Origin: Octopus vulgaris
Lineage: Eukaryota
NCBI GenBank assembly: GCA_951406725.2
Contig: OX597816.1
Span: forward strand, 125,488,001 to 125,552,000
Direction of reading: 5' to 3'
DNA length: 64,000 bases
Shown here: in pieces, positions 1-14,450 of the stretch
Layout of the letters: the number at the start of each line of letters is the position of its first letter
Position numbering within the stretch: the first letter of the stretch is position 1
Notes under the pieces: model-generated
The model's input: only the letters and a program-made list of their open reading frames with translations
Told to the model about the DNA's origin: nothing
Databases searched by the model: none
Translations under genes and position numbers: made by a program

Positions 1-470
1 TTTGCCCATATCATATCACACTTTTCTCGTCTGTCTTCCTCAATATTTGTTTGCACACACACACACATATATACATGCATACATACATACATACATAAAT
101 ACATACATACATACATATAATGTATATGTATATATGTATATACATATATATTATATCATACTGTATTGTATATAAAAGCCGAAAGTTAGTAAAATTTAAC
201 TTCATAGTATCCAATAACGTACAAGACTATCTAAATAACTAAATTATCGTCAAAGATTATTATTGAAATATGAATAGAATAAATATTAGTAGAAACCTAA
301 TAGAATTAGGTGTTTGAAAACGGACAAGTTAATTATAGCCGAATTACATTAAACTTTAGACTAATTCTCTAAAATCGTAAAATGTACAGAACTCTAAGAT
401 AATACGTGTCCGCTCAATTTCATGGTACACACGCACGTGTGTGTGTGTTGTTACACTAATATTGAATAGT

Positions 471-512
<42 letters not shown>

Positions 513-790
513 CATATGTACGTGTATATGTATGTATGCATCATGTTTGCCTACGTGTAAAATAATTGCGTAAATGATTATATTTCACTTTGCACTGAAT
601 CTATCAGACACTATTGCGATTCACAGTTGGAACTAAATGCCTCATGTGATGTCGCCTTATGTCCTACAAATATGCTTAATACCAACCAATTACATTTCTG
701 TTTCGTATACATTCGTCATTTTGTACATCTAAGAATTCGATATGCAGAAAATGAAGTAAACTTTAGCTTTTCAATAAGTATTCTCTCGTT

Positions 791-970
791 AAGGTGGAGA
801 GCAAGCAGAATCATTGCCACGTTTTCCGTTCTGAGTTCAAATTCCACGGAGGTCGATTTTACCTTTCATCATTTCGCGGTTAATATAATAAGTACCAGTT
901 GTTCACTGAGGCTATATAATCGATTTACACTTGCTCTGAATTTGCTGATCTAGAACAAAAATTTGAAATC
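791..970 (+). mobile_element. tRNA-derived SINE, family A (internally deleted copy)
   Basis: B-box-like GAGTTCAAATTCC, then ggtcgattttacctttcatc...aataagtaccagtt and an aaaatttgaaa tail shared with the copies at 36.1, 39.6 and 53.5 kb. Confidence 0.75.
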
Positions 971-1769
971 AGTATATATTCTCTCATTGTATTCCCGTGC
1001 TTTTATCTCCTGCAAAACACCTTGAGGAGCTCTCTGCAGCATGTCACCTTTTCCCTTTTTTCTTTTCTTTCTCTTTCATTCTCTTGTTTTACTTTCTTCA
1101 ATATATTCTCTCCTATGATCCTGAATTCATTACGATCGCCTTTTTTTTTTAGCAAATAATCGTCTTCACATCTTTACATTAGTCTCAAGAATCCCTTTTT
1201 TAAATTTCCAATATAATTCGTTCTCAAAGAGAACGTTACTTTTCCACTGTCCGTTCTGTTTATGAATCTCTGTTTGCAGACATTAAGAGAAAGCTGGATT
1301 AACAGTGCCTGTTAACCACAAACAACTTAATGCAATATTCAATAGCAAGCTGTTTTATGATAGTGCTGTATTGTATCGACTTCTTCTTACAAACTACGGA
1401 TCATTAAAAGGAAACCGAAATCCTTCTCTAAATAGATTGTTACAAAAATGCAGTGCTTTATTAATATTTTCAAATGCGGTTGCAAAGGTTTTATAAAGAG
1501 ATGCATAAATTGGCACTATAATAAATAAGCGAAGACTTTCATTCCATTTTATTGTTTCTGTTCATGATAATGTATAATACTTTCTCTTCAAAACTCTTGC
1601 GTCCTTCTCACAATAGATAATTTTCAAAATAATTTGCTGTTTATTTCTATTGGTAGATTTTTTAATGCATCACATTTTTGTTCTGTAATACCATTTCAAT
1701 GCATAAATGTACTGCTCGAGTGTGATTTTCACCAATAACATATCACCACAAACTATTGATTAATTTGCT

Positions 1770-1970
1770 GTAAAAGTTTTCAGGGAGGGGATAGTCAGTT
1801 GAAACAATAGCAGTATATGCCATTATATGCCATATACTTATTTTATTGATTACAGAAGGATGAAACGTAAAGTTAATTCCGATGGGACTATGGCTCAAAG
1901 CATAGAGGGACGAAACTAAATAATGTAAGGCAGTCTGTCTGGTGTTCTAACCATTCTATCATTTGCCTTG
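1770..1970 (-). mobile_element. Degenerate SINE family A copy
   Basis: Reverse complement loosely matches the family A core (forward ttttattgattacagaaggatgaaacgtaaagtt). Confidence 0.45.
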
Positions 1971-3189
1971 TTTCGAGAAGAGAAAATATTCAATACGGTA
2001 ATTCATTATGGCTATTGTATTACTGAACAAAAGACCCCAACCAGTGAGCGAAGTCCGTGTCCCAGAATTTCGTTCCAGTCTGTTTTTGCTATTTGCTCCC
2101 CGCCTGTCAGTATTGAGTATTGTGTTAAAATCAAATTCAAAACACTTTAATGACGCGATCTTTCATGAAATAAGGATTCATAAAACTTTTGAGTAAATAA
2201 TTTCAAAATCTTTAGAAAGCCTTATAGATTTCAAATTTTAAACAAACAGATAAAACACTGAAATCTACATACAAGAATCAAAGTCTCATCTGAAAGTCAT
2301 GTTTCACGCTGTTAAATATGAGACTTCTGGCCATGTTATGTTCATTTGTGTACTTCATTTTCAAATGTGGGGAGGTTTTGTGTAGATATATACATCTATC
2401 AATTTACTTGTTTATAATGTTTTTTAGTTTAAAATTTGTTTTTAATTTTCCACCCATAGAAATACGGAATGAAGATTGATGTGTGTGTTTCTGTATGAGA
2501 GTATTTGTCCTCGTTGCTTTGAAGAATATTTTGATCCCAGTTTTAAAACATGTATAACTAAAAATGTAAACTCTGAATTTATATGCCAAATTTAACATTA
2601 AATTGTTATTTATTGGAAATAAATTGTCTGTTTATGTATTTTTATTTCTTTCAAGGCCGTGAATATTTGAGTATTGGTCAAGTTTTACACATTTAAGTTC
2701 TTCCCAGCTCAACTTCATGCCGTCTAAATACTAGAATATCTTTGAATGAAATATCACCATTTTAAAGGACAGAGCTACTAAAGCGCAGATTACTATTACG
2801 ACTGCAGATGTGCTAAAATCAAATATGAACTGACGAATATTTTATTTGCCAGATACCTCCCAGATAGAAGAAAATATTCTCGAAAAACCAAAAGTTTTCA
2901 TTTAGCAGCTTCTATAACAGCATTCACCTAATTCACATACAATATATAACTAACACATACAAAAAAAACTAAAGATTTGTCTTTATTCGGTTACATTACA
3001 GACTTCTAATAACGCTACTAAAATAATATATCTATTGACCTCACTTTCTATTCGAATACAGAAGAGTGTGCGAAGCATGAGAAATGATAAACTTTAGAAA
3101 ATATGAGAATTATGTTAAGAATGTTGTTTCATTTTAAATACTATGCTTCATGCAGTTTATTACACAACGATTCTTTCTACAATAGACAC

Positions 3190-4390
3190 AGTGCATGGTT
3201 GGCTCTCACTGTGGTGTTGAAGTTTCAAAATAGTTGTGGTTTTTCCGGCTCTGGTGTCACCAGAATTGTCATTAAGATTTCTTCATGGAATTAGCCTTTT
3301 GCATTTTGTGTAGAGTAGACGGTTGGAGTATAAATACCGATAACTACCGATAAGAGAAATTCATCGGATGTATGGAATCAAATGAGAAAACCAGTGCAGT
3401 CATTCTTTCACTGGAATTTTCCTTCAATGAAATTATAACAGCAAATCCAACAGCATATTTTCTAGTTTCGTCTAGACCTTCTCCTTGCTGCCAAAATCTA
3501 TATCTCACATGTACAGATCCTGACACAGTAAAGCGTATTGTATTGCAAATACTCTTGTAACTTTAGCAGTTCGTTGTTAATTACTACTGTCTCCGTGCGT
3601 TTACTCTTAAGGAAGCTATCCGATCTACATGGTGTGTACATTGTGACGTCCTAATCTGTGCAGTGGCTTCTTTTTGACGTAGTTGCTGCTATATTTAACA
3701 TCTATGATTCCGGCTACATGTATCCATAAGTTCCATGCAATCAGTGTCTCAGGTGGACAGCACCTTGTTTGAGCGGACCTGTCCAGCTTGAAGGGACCGC
3801 AGCTGCCGATGTTAATACGATGGTCACTTCCCCCACGAGGCATTTCTCTATGTCACTGCAGGTTAACTGTTGCTATCTATGTTGTGCTATCATGGTGAGA
3901 CGATGTTAGAATCTCCTTTGGAAGACGTAGGTCGGGAAAGTATTGCTACGAGGGATCAGTAATGACACAAATAGCATATTTCCCCGCTCTACTCCAATGA
4001 TGTAAACCAAAGGAAATGCAATTTCTCCTACAGTTGGGACTTGTTGCTGCAAAAGTTGCCAGAATGATGTCGAGACAATGCCTACTTTCTTTAATGTTAT
4101 GAAATCCAGATTTTCTTTGAGTTTACATCAAAATACTTTTTGATGGATACGTATAGCCAAGGAAGCAGAGATAAGAATTCAGTGTTTGCCCGCTCTTTGA
4201 TGAAAATGATTCACCAGTCTAAGGTGTTCTGTGTACCCGTAACACCGGCAAACACCTGCATACCTGTAAGTAGAAGTAGTTCCACCGGACATACAGTCAA
4301 ACGAAACGTCTAGTCGCTGGAGTTGGTTTCATCAGGTGAGGTTCGAGACTTACCTTCAAAGCTTTTCTTTGGTAATGGGACCACATGTAT
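3190..4390 (-). mobile_element. RTE-clade LINE 5' fragment (5' UTR plus decayed APE endonuclease)
   Basis: Minus-strand peptides LIAWNL, ETVVINNELLKL, YRFWQQGEGLDETRKYAVGFAV, SERMTAL and VIGIYTPT follow the RTE APE motif order (WNVR, YTFFW.G..GVGFAV, SERL, IISAYAPT); frameshifted. Confidence 0.7.
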
Positions 4391-5553
4391 AATGTAACTT
4401 TTCGGTTATATACATGTATGTATGTGTGAGTGTGTATGTGTGTGTGTATAAAGGAAGACAGAGAAAGAAAGAGAAAGAGGACCGTATAATATTTCAAAGA
4501 AAATACAAATGCTAGATTGCAAAAGGCAAATTACATCTTCCATGACGGTTATGATCTCTATCACCACTGCATTTCTCTACCTCCTGCAATAACTCCCATC
4601 AAATAAATATTATTCAGCCTTTAATATAACTTACTCCCTTTACTTAGCGCAAATTATACAAACCCCCACACGAAACGACACACTTTCCACATTTTAACTT
4701 ATCACTATGTAGTGATTGAGTCACATAACATATTTGTTCACTAAATATAAGATGTTATTTGTAACGTATATTCAGCAAATGTTTTGAATGGTTTTACAAC
4801 TGTGAAGCATAACGTACATATATGTGTATATATGTGCATTTGTTATGTGTGTGAGTGTGTTGTATGTATGGGTGTTTCTGTATGTATGTATATATATATA
4901 TAATTATAAACATACATATATCTGTCTCTATCTATCGTTTTTTCTCTCTTTCTCTATGTGTATGTGTATGCATGTGTATAGATGTATGCATGCATTTATG
5001 TATGTATGTATAAATATATAGATCAATAGATAGCGACAGAAAGGTGTGTGTATACATGTGTGTATGTGAGTATGTGTGCTTCTGTGTGTGCGTGTGTGAA
5101 ACAAAAATGAATCCAGTGTGACAAGATGTGTGTCTCAACATCAAAAACAAAAAGATAATAATAAGTGTATATTAAATGAGATGAATATTTGATTTATTGA
5201 AATCATCTCTATTTCTGGAGACCGATAGCTTCGTGGACATTACCAACATCAAATAATAAGGCTAGATAATCTCAAGAATCAAGCATTTTCCGAAACTGAC
5301 TTGCCATTAAAGCAATGATTTATCTGAAGTCAAGAGGACAACTGCCATGGAAACGTATTTCTCACTCCAAAGTCGCCCTCCACACACACACACGTCTAAT
5401 TATATCTGAGTTAGTTTAGTTATAAAGCAAAATTTGAGTAAAACAAAGAACAGTTTGTAAAGTAATAATAACAAAGAATTATATCGGCAGATTAAATATC
5501 ATCCAAAAGCGACACATAACTATGTGAGCCCAATCTGCAAAAATGCATATACT

Positions 5554-5619
<66 letters not shown>

Positions 5620-5621
<2 letters not shown>

Positions 5622-6290
5622 CAAGCGAATATATACAAAATACACAGGCGACCAAAAGATACAGGTCACCAATTCTTCATCAGTCATCGGCCAGAGAATC
5701 AAACGCAATTTCAGCCATTATCGATTATATTGCTCCCACTCTGGTGGCAGGAACAAGAAACTTGCCGGGAATGGGTGGGACGAAAACATAACAAAACGAG
5801 ACGGGTTCGAGATAAGGCCGCTAGTGGACGGACGAGGGGCAAAATAATAAACAGAAGAAAAGCTTCTTTTTCGCGTTACCTTCGACCACACTGAACACGA
5901 TTATCTGAGTTCCTCGCTCTACCCCTAGCATGTCTATAGTTCTTCAGGACAGTTTTCATTTCTCCTTTGCGTTACCTACTTGTGTCTTGTCTTGCAGCTC
6001 CAAAGCTTTTTGTTGTATATGTATTATCATTATTGCTTTCGTGTGACCTTAAGCCTTTATTCTGTTTATTAATGTGTCACTCGTCCATCCACTAACGGAC
6101 TCGTCTCGAGCCGGTCTCTTTTGTTATGTTTTCGCCTCATTCCCGGCAAGTTTCTTTTCGGTTCCTCGAGAGTGGAAGCAATTTTATCGATAATGGCTGA
6201 AATTGCGTTTGATCCTCTGGTCGTTAACTGATGAAGAATTGGTGACCTGTGTTTTCTGTTCGCCTGCGTATTTAGTATGTGTTCATTTGT
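5620..6290. repeat. ~240-bp imperfect inverted repeat pair (arms ~5620-5865 and ~6050-6290) between microsatellites
   Basis: acaggtcaccaattcttcatcagt, aaacgcaatttcagccattatcgat and aagaaacttgccgggaatg in the left arm recur as reverse complements in the right arm. Confidence 0.9.
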
Positions 6291-9200
6291 TTATTTACTA
6301 TACGTTTTTGTTAAATTATATATATATAGGTGTATCGTACTTTCCGTTTATTTGATCCTGAAAATATTTATATAACACACGTACTCATTAATATTCTACT
6401 TATATATATATGTGTGTGTATGTATGTATGTATGTATGTATGTATGTATGTATGTATGTGTGCGTATTTATATGTATGTATGTATGTATGCACATGTATG
6501 TGTGTATGTATGTAAGTATATATATATATATATATATAAATGAAAGTATGTCTGCATGCATATGCGGTAATGTAGTTCCTCATTGTATCAAAATGTATTT
6601 TATAATGTGCAAGCCATTATTTCATGTTGTGCACGCTATGATGATTGGTGTAGGCTGTTAAGTTTACTGTATCAAGATTTCATTGTGTACTCTGAGTTTC
6701 ACCTCTTGTCGAGCTGCACGCAACTTTCAATAATGAACAGCTCAGCTTCTGCCTATTCAATACCGAAACGCAGAGCAGGCAAGCAATGGTTGATATAATA
6801 AATACACACATGCACATACACACACACGCACATACTGTATAGAGATAGGGAGAAAGAACCAAGCAATAAGAAAACTTAAATGGATGAAGTACTTACTAAA
6901 ACGTTGTGTCCTTCGGCAAGACACTTTATTACTCATTATTCTAGTCCACTACGTTGACTCTCCTTGATTACTCAGCCACTCTCCTTGATTGCTCCATAAT
7001 TCAAGGACAGGCTCTTCCGTTGATCTGGGACACTCATTGTCGTAACCGACGGAATACATAAGTATTGTAAATGTTCCAGATGCTAAAACAGTCTGTGATA
7101 TCGTACAATAGAAAATCTGAACTGCTCTTTAACTGTTGTCACTGACAAGCATTTCTTTTGGAGAAGAATTAGAAATAATTCAATAAATCCTCAAATATGA
7201 ATCATTCAAAATCACCTGTTTCAAGATTAATATGTATCTAGTTGAACATTAATCTCATCCACAACCTTGTAACCCTAATTGCCACCTATTAACCATATTG
7301 TCGGCCGTGTAAACTGCTTTGATTACTAACACCCGATCTTATAAATAACCAATAAGGAACATGCAGATACAACCCCATACATGAAAGAAATCTGAAAGGT
7401 TGCATACATTTTACGTGTGTATGTAAGTATAATATTTTATAGCTATATAATTACACCGTTTTCTTAAAAATTTCATTTGAATATATCAAATCATTCTTAT
7501 TTTCATAACGATGTGCAAGGGATAAACATTATAATCTATGAGTAAATGTGTTAAATTGTGTTTAAAATTGGTATTTTAATTTGCGAAACGAACAAATTAA
7601 TGTCCCGTATTTTAAAAAGGTTTGCATTAGCATAACATTGGTGTAATAACATATCCGAAACGACAAACTAGCATTCGAACAAAATGAGTTTTGATATTGA
7701 ATTTTCTAACACTACGTTCTAGGTGGATTACCCGACACATGCCACCTAGTTTGCCATCACAAATGTACCAATCTGATAACCTTAAAATATATCATTCGTA
7801 AGATACGGTTCAGTATCATTGGTAAAAATATCAATGACTTGAAGTATTGAGATTACAGTTTCATTTGAAGAAATGCATAATCGAACTCTTATATTGAAGC
7901 TATTAAAAAATACGATACACAATAGACTCATTTTAAATGTCTGACCTGTATCGAATCTGTGTCGCTTATTCAATAAAAATTGTATTAAAACTTTTGACAT
8001 AATTGTATCAATCCGTCACAATACATCAGTTACTCAAAGTATCTTAGCAAGTTTGAGTGATGTTGGATTAGCATAAACTGTCTCAGAATATCAGAATCTG
8101 CTTGGCATCTCGACTTTGTTTGTACTTAATATTTTTGCTTTTTCTTAGTAAAATTTCTCGTATGTAGTATTATCGGAATTTTTTTCACCGAACTTAGATT
8201 GATTCTGGACGCAACTTTTATTCAACAATAATTTTCATTTTGAAATTTTTCCTTTGAAGTAACTTGTCTGAAATATTTATTTGCTGTTTTGCTAGGATTT
8301 TGAATTTGGTAATCTTTGAAGTAAGAATTGTGTACTTGTTTGTATTTTTTCGATTTCAGCTATTACGATATTGAAATAATATTCAAAGATGTTTGACTAG
8401 GTAAGCTCTCTGTCAGCAACTATCTATAAAATATTTGATAAAGCTACTTCAATTATGCTGCTAATGTACTGAGAAAGAAATTATTGTCACGATATTCCAT
8501 ATACTCTCATCAATAATTTTGAAGCTGGCTTTCTTGTCAATGATTCCTGTGGGTCAAAAAAGAAAGTAAATATAAAGTGACTTAATTTCATTACCACTCA
8601 AATCACATACATAAATTAATTATAACATGCGAAAAAAAATACATTGCGAATACTTCAAATAATATGCTTGAAGCTTTTATTTAAAATAACTATCCCTATA
8701 TTTCAAGTGTATGTGTGTGCATGTGTGTGTGAGTGCGCGCGCGTATCTGTTTCTGTGTCTGTCTGTGTTTAAAAATTTTCAGTATCACATAGAATCAAGG
8801 TATTTAAATAACAAAGTTACCATGGTAGACTCGGGGCTACCATGGCTGTGCACTAAAAACGTATATGGACATAACGTAGTTACTAAAATAAATACAGATT
8901 AGTCCCTTCAGCGATGCATACATTCACATGTACTAACCAAATACACAAGGTGTACGCAAAGTCAAACACCACATATTCCATAATCGACTATAGGCTCCAG
9001 ATCAAAGGAGGGTTCCGAGTGTGGTGAAGTATAAATAATAACAGAGGAAGAAAAAGAAGGGAATCCTATTTCCCTTCGTTTCCTTCTATTTTAATCCTTT
9101 AAACGAGTTCATTAACTTGCTATCATGTATATATACTTTGAAATAGCATCCACTACTCACTGTCTCAGCTGTAACCAATGTTTTATTTATGTCAAGATTC

Positions 9201-9359
9201 CCTGGTGTTAAAATCTTATACTTAATTCACCTGAAGAAAACGGTTTTCTTTTTTACGATGGAACAATTTTGTTCGTTAATGAACAACACGTCTGAAGCAG
9301 CTGTAGTGTGCCTTAATTCAACTGTGATATTCTTTATATGTGTATGTATATTTACATAC

Positions 9360-9415
9360 ATATACATTCACACATAGTTATATATATAAATATATATACA
9401 TATACAAACACCAGC

Positions 9416-9455
<40 letters not shown>

Positions 9456-9488
9456 TGTGTATATATATATACATATACAAACACCAGC

Positions 9489-9530
<42 letters not shown>

Positions 9531-9570
9531 AACAAGTATTATTATATATATATATATATATATATATGCG
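9360..9570. repeat. Compound minisatellite: atacaaacaccagcatattatata(TA)n repeated about 3 times
   Basis: Unit visible near 9400, 9475 and (degenerate) 9525. Confidence 0.8.
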
Positions 9571-11264
9571 TGTGAGTGTGTGTATGTGTGTGTGTTTACA
9601 TATATGCATGTATACATATATACATATACATGTGAGTGTTTACAAACTGAAAAGACTTATAGCAAATAAAAGACAAGTGGCTATTAGTTGAGACAAGTGG
9701 CTATTATCTGTAACATTTTATACATTATATGTACCTGTGTGTATGTTTGCGTACACGCATGCTGACACTGACACACATACGCAAACATAATCTTTTCAAA
9801 CTTCTTTCCAAAATTCATATCCATCTGCAAATAGGTGCAAAACAGTTATATTCTGCCACTCTTTTAAAGAGATTATTTACCGAATTCTCGATTATATTTT
9901 TGTTAAGATTCAATGGATGTTTTGTTAAGCTTCATCGTGGATATCTTTTTCCATTAAAGATTGTTCTAGTTGAATAAGCTTGTTTTCATTATACACTGAC
10001 TTAAGCAAACAAGCATTTGCATTATCAGCTTTCAACCAAGCAAGTGGTCAGGTTCTGAGATATTTTCATGTTTGAATAAAAATACGTCTAAAAATAAACA
10101 AAATTTCTAATTAAAGAACACCAATATGTTAACTCCCCGTTATATCATTGAATTTTTTTTTCTCCGAGAGGTATCTAAAGTGATATTTTTTCTGATCCGT
10201 TTGTACTGATTCATTTCCAAATGCATTTCGAGTGAAAGGAAAGACGAATATTGATTTTCCATCATAAATTTTATTTATTGCCATCGATAGTTGCATAATA
10301 TTTCACAAAGTAGAGCACTATGAGTAGAAATTGTGATCACAACATTTAACCAAGATAAGTTAGTATAACATGCTTGCTAAGACATATGTTATGACATTTC
10401 AATATTTAGTTCAGATTACCCTATATTAATACCTTCAGTTACTTAAGAGTTCATATCACATCATTCCAACTCATCACAGTGTAATAGGGGAACATTTTAC
10501 AAGAATAAGTATATTGTGATTTGCTGTGAACGTTTCCGAGAATAATACATTTATCAAGTAAACGAGTCATTCAAGAATATACTTATACAATCGAAAGTTA
10601 TATCTACTATAATCTCATATTAAAAATATATATATTGCAGTAGTAATTTACTGACTTTTAAGAGAATAAATCATTGTCGAAAGAAAAGTAACAAAAAAAT
10701 TTAACATACAATAAGTTGAGAATAAAAATCAATTGCAAAAATAAATCGAATTTATCTTTTATTTTCACTCAAAATGCATAGCAGTTCAACCCAAGCATAT
10801 CTATCTCTATTTCATCTTTTATTAAAACTGCTATCGGATGGTAACGTAAGTGTCTTCACGCTAATTTGTCGGAACGATTCTTAGTCACAAAGTGAGTTCT
10901 TTAAACGGACAGAAGTTACACTTGATCTTCCGAATTACATTTTTTTTTCTTCATTTTAATTGAATATCGAAACAAACAAATAGAACCGTTATTATTGGAT
11001 AGCATGAAAGCAGACGATTCGTATCATTACTGTCTTATGAATTCAGGCATTCAGGCGAATATACAAGATGTATTATTGTAAGCATACATTTACCGGATTC
11101 TGCATTATATCTTATCGAAGTTTGCTAATATGAATGTTTTTCATAATTTTACTTGCTACTTGCTATAACTTTCATCTTGAAAGATGATTGATTTAGAAAG
11201 TCAATACATACATACGTGCGTACGTACATACATGCATACATATATACATATATATTATATATTC

Positions 11265-11267
<3 letters not shown>

Positions 11268-11344
<77 letters not shown>

Positions 11345-11483
11345 TATATATATACGTACATAGACATACATATTTGTGTGTTTATGTATGTATGAGTAGT
11401 TATGTATTGCTAATGTTTATGTATTCGCCGAGAAGAAAAAAGAATTTGCATGTCTATACATACACACGGACACACGCGCACAC

Positions 11484-11516
<33 letters not shown>

Positions 11517-11517
11517 C

Positions 11518-11550
<33 letters not shown>
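11268..11550. repeat. (TA)n and (GATA)n microsatellite cluster
   Basis: Direct inspection; representative of many similar tracts across the window. Confidence 0.9.
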
Positions 11551-12828
11551 TCTGAACGTCTTTTGTGGGTTAGGATATAAAATATGTGCTATATGTAGCA
11601 TCATTTCTGCTCAGCAAGCAGGTTCTGTATTTGTTGTGATCCATTGTGCGTTTGTGGTTATTAATATGTGTGTGTGCATGTGTGTGCGTGTGTGTGTGTG
11701 TGTTGTGTAACTTGTTCTCAAAACATTAATAAGTAATTTGAGCTGATTTCACTCGAAGTGAAGGGAAGTCAATATCTGATTAACTTTATCTCCTGTTTTC
11801 CTCGATAAGCAACATTTTACTATACGTAATGACGTGACGGCTGCTTCTATTTCTATTCATAATTTATTTTCTTTTTATTTCCTATTTCCTCTTTTGCAAT
11901 ACATTTTTCATTCATCCTTGACTTATTCAGCGCTACTTCTTTCGAATACATTGATATGAGTTGCAATATTTTTATCTTCCTTTTTTAATTTCATATTACG
12001 CAGTGGATAAAATCATATAAAAATGATTTACAATAACGTACACGTCTACAGTAACATAAAGCTTCTAACCAGCACATTTAATTCAACAGACTAAACATGT
12101 ATACATACGCATAGAAACTCACACACCTTTAAACATGTACATATATATATACATTACGGATTCGCCCGTGCGTTTACGTGTGTGCATGCAAGTGTATCTT
12201 ATAAAGACGTCACTTTTATTCAACCACATCAGTTAAAATCTAAACGAATATTGACATATCCAAATGAAGAATAATTCATTGAATATCTGTTCTCGTGTAA
12301 AATAAAATCAATTAAAACGAAATTGTAGGAAGCGATTACTACTTCAGCAAAATTCAATTTGATAGATATATTTACCATTGATTTGTTTCATATAGAGGGA
12401 AATTAAATAATTTCGAACTTTAACATTATCAATGATTCAATTTACAGAAAAGAACAATGGAGTTGTTTTACATCATTAAAAATAGAATACTGTAATAGAA
12501 TTCTACGAGAAGGGATCAAGGCAAATTAATTTGCTTGGTGTTTTCCTCAGAGTAAAACGTTCCTAAAAACTTTTGAAAATGACTTAAAGAAAGCATTGCT
12601 TGCATATTATTGGCTTCCGTTAGAATTTAAACTAAATGCCTAAATAGTTCTTATCACACATTAAGTGTTTCCACGAAAGCCGGTATTTAATAAAAGAATG
12701 TAAGGCCTCAAAAGTATTTTATGCTATGTTTAGGGATAAGAATGTTCGGATCAATTTCAAAGAAGTTATTTAAAGTTAATGTGATTTTGTATTTAACAAA
12801 TAATTACGCGCGCACGCACACACATATT

Positions 12829-12872
<44 letters not shown>

Positions 12873-12892
12873 TAAGTAGATGTTTATGTATG

Positions 12893-12923
<31 letters not shown>

Positions 12924-13299
12924 GCATATATATATTATATATATTATATTTATATATATGTATATATGCATTTGTATAATATATATATTAACGTTTTCTT
13001 AGAACTTTCATTTCAGGTTTCAAAATATTCAGTGACGATTTCAAAAGAAGAGCAGGATTGGATTAGCAGCTGATGATCGGAAACGAGTAATTCAGAGTAT
13101 CTGTGCACTGGGAATAGGAGATTTTCTATTATATATATATGTGTGTGTGTGTGTGTTGAATAACATGTTACTGTCGATTGTGTCTGAGAAAGATCTCTTC
13201 ATTTATATATTCTAAAAGCATAATGCACGCTGGAGTGTGGCGATCATCAATGTAGCAATAAGTCAGGAAGTTGGGAGATGCGATTCGTTCAAGTTGAGA

Positions 13300-14450
13300 A
13301 TGGCCAATGCCGTACAATTGTTTGTTACTGCTTAAACTAAATTTGTGTTTCCATATATAGAAAATTAAACATCTCTCTGAAGAGGTGTTCTCTCGAACAA
13401 AACCCACCGTATGATGGTTTTGAAATGTGTATATATAGTTAATATGATAAACAGATTGCGCTTCAATTTAATGTTGTTTCAATTGTGTTCATCAACAACT
13501 GGAAATAATGTTCATAATTTTTTTCTAGTAGGATCTTCCCCATAATGTTTTAATAGTATCCGGTAAACATATTGGCTGACCTGATCATTGCTTAGATTTA
13601 TATTCGGTTGAAGGCATGGTGGAGTGCCCGGAAATTATATAGTCTATTATCTCGACTTGTTCATCACAGCTCAGCGATTTAGATCTGCTTCATCTTTTGA
13701 GTGCGTTGTCTTGTTAGTTCCATTTAAATAAGCTCTAGTTTTTAGTACGAAGAATGAATCCCTTTGTTTTTTTGCTTTTAACTATTAGCTTTGCAACCGC
13801 TGATAGGTTTGTGGATGATCAACATACGCCTCTTTGGAGAGAAGTTGATAGTAGCCATGCAGAGATTTGTTTTGCTATCTAATCTTTTAGAATTTTAAGG
13901 CCCTTCGACTTTGTTTTAATTCTGTGGATTCTAGCCTTCCAGGTCTTTCACTTTTCATTTTCCCTGATAATCCAACCTGCTTCTTTGTTATTTTTGTTTC
14001 ATTTACATCAGATGTTCTTTCAAAATTCTTCAACTACATTCATAGTAGGTGGATCATATATTTCAATTGTTTGTTCCCCCCGTTTCGTAACAGCATTTCT
14101 TTGGGTCTGTTTCGAAAATCTTGTTCTATTCTGTATGTTCTTAACCATTGTGTTTTGATTTGTATTCGTTTGTTCTGGGTCTCCTTGATATTAAAAATAT
14201 TTTGTTCATGCTAGTTTGCACATTCTTTTAACTTTTTTCGATTTTCTACGTTTGACATTTATTCCTTTCGAAGGTTCAGCAACAATCGACATTTCTCTTC
14301 ATAGATATTTAATTTCGTTTTGTAATCTGACTTTCTACTTTCGTAGTTTGTTGGCATGTTTGTACTTTTTCTTTGTTTTAAATCTTTTTTCGTGGAGTAT
14401 ACAATATTACTGCTAGCAGTTAGATAAGCTGCACCTTCTCACAGTATTTC
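13300..14450 (-). mobile_element. Highly decayed R4/Dong-like LINE fragment
   Basis: A-rich minus strand; IYDPPTMNVVEEF*KNI* resembles the P..EEVEEFW..IW motif before the R4/Dong RT; many stops. Confidence 0.45.

Noticed and set aside
7780-8560. A-rich minus-strand stretch resembling a decayed transposase or helicase
   Set aside because: No diagnostic motif recognised; many stops
13070-13092. CTGATGA-tcg-GAAA-cgag-TA, both hammerhead core motifs close together
   Set aside because: No room for stem II and no stem I pairing; most likely chance
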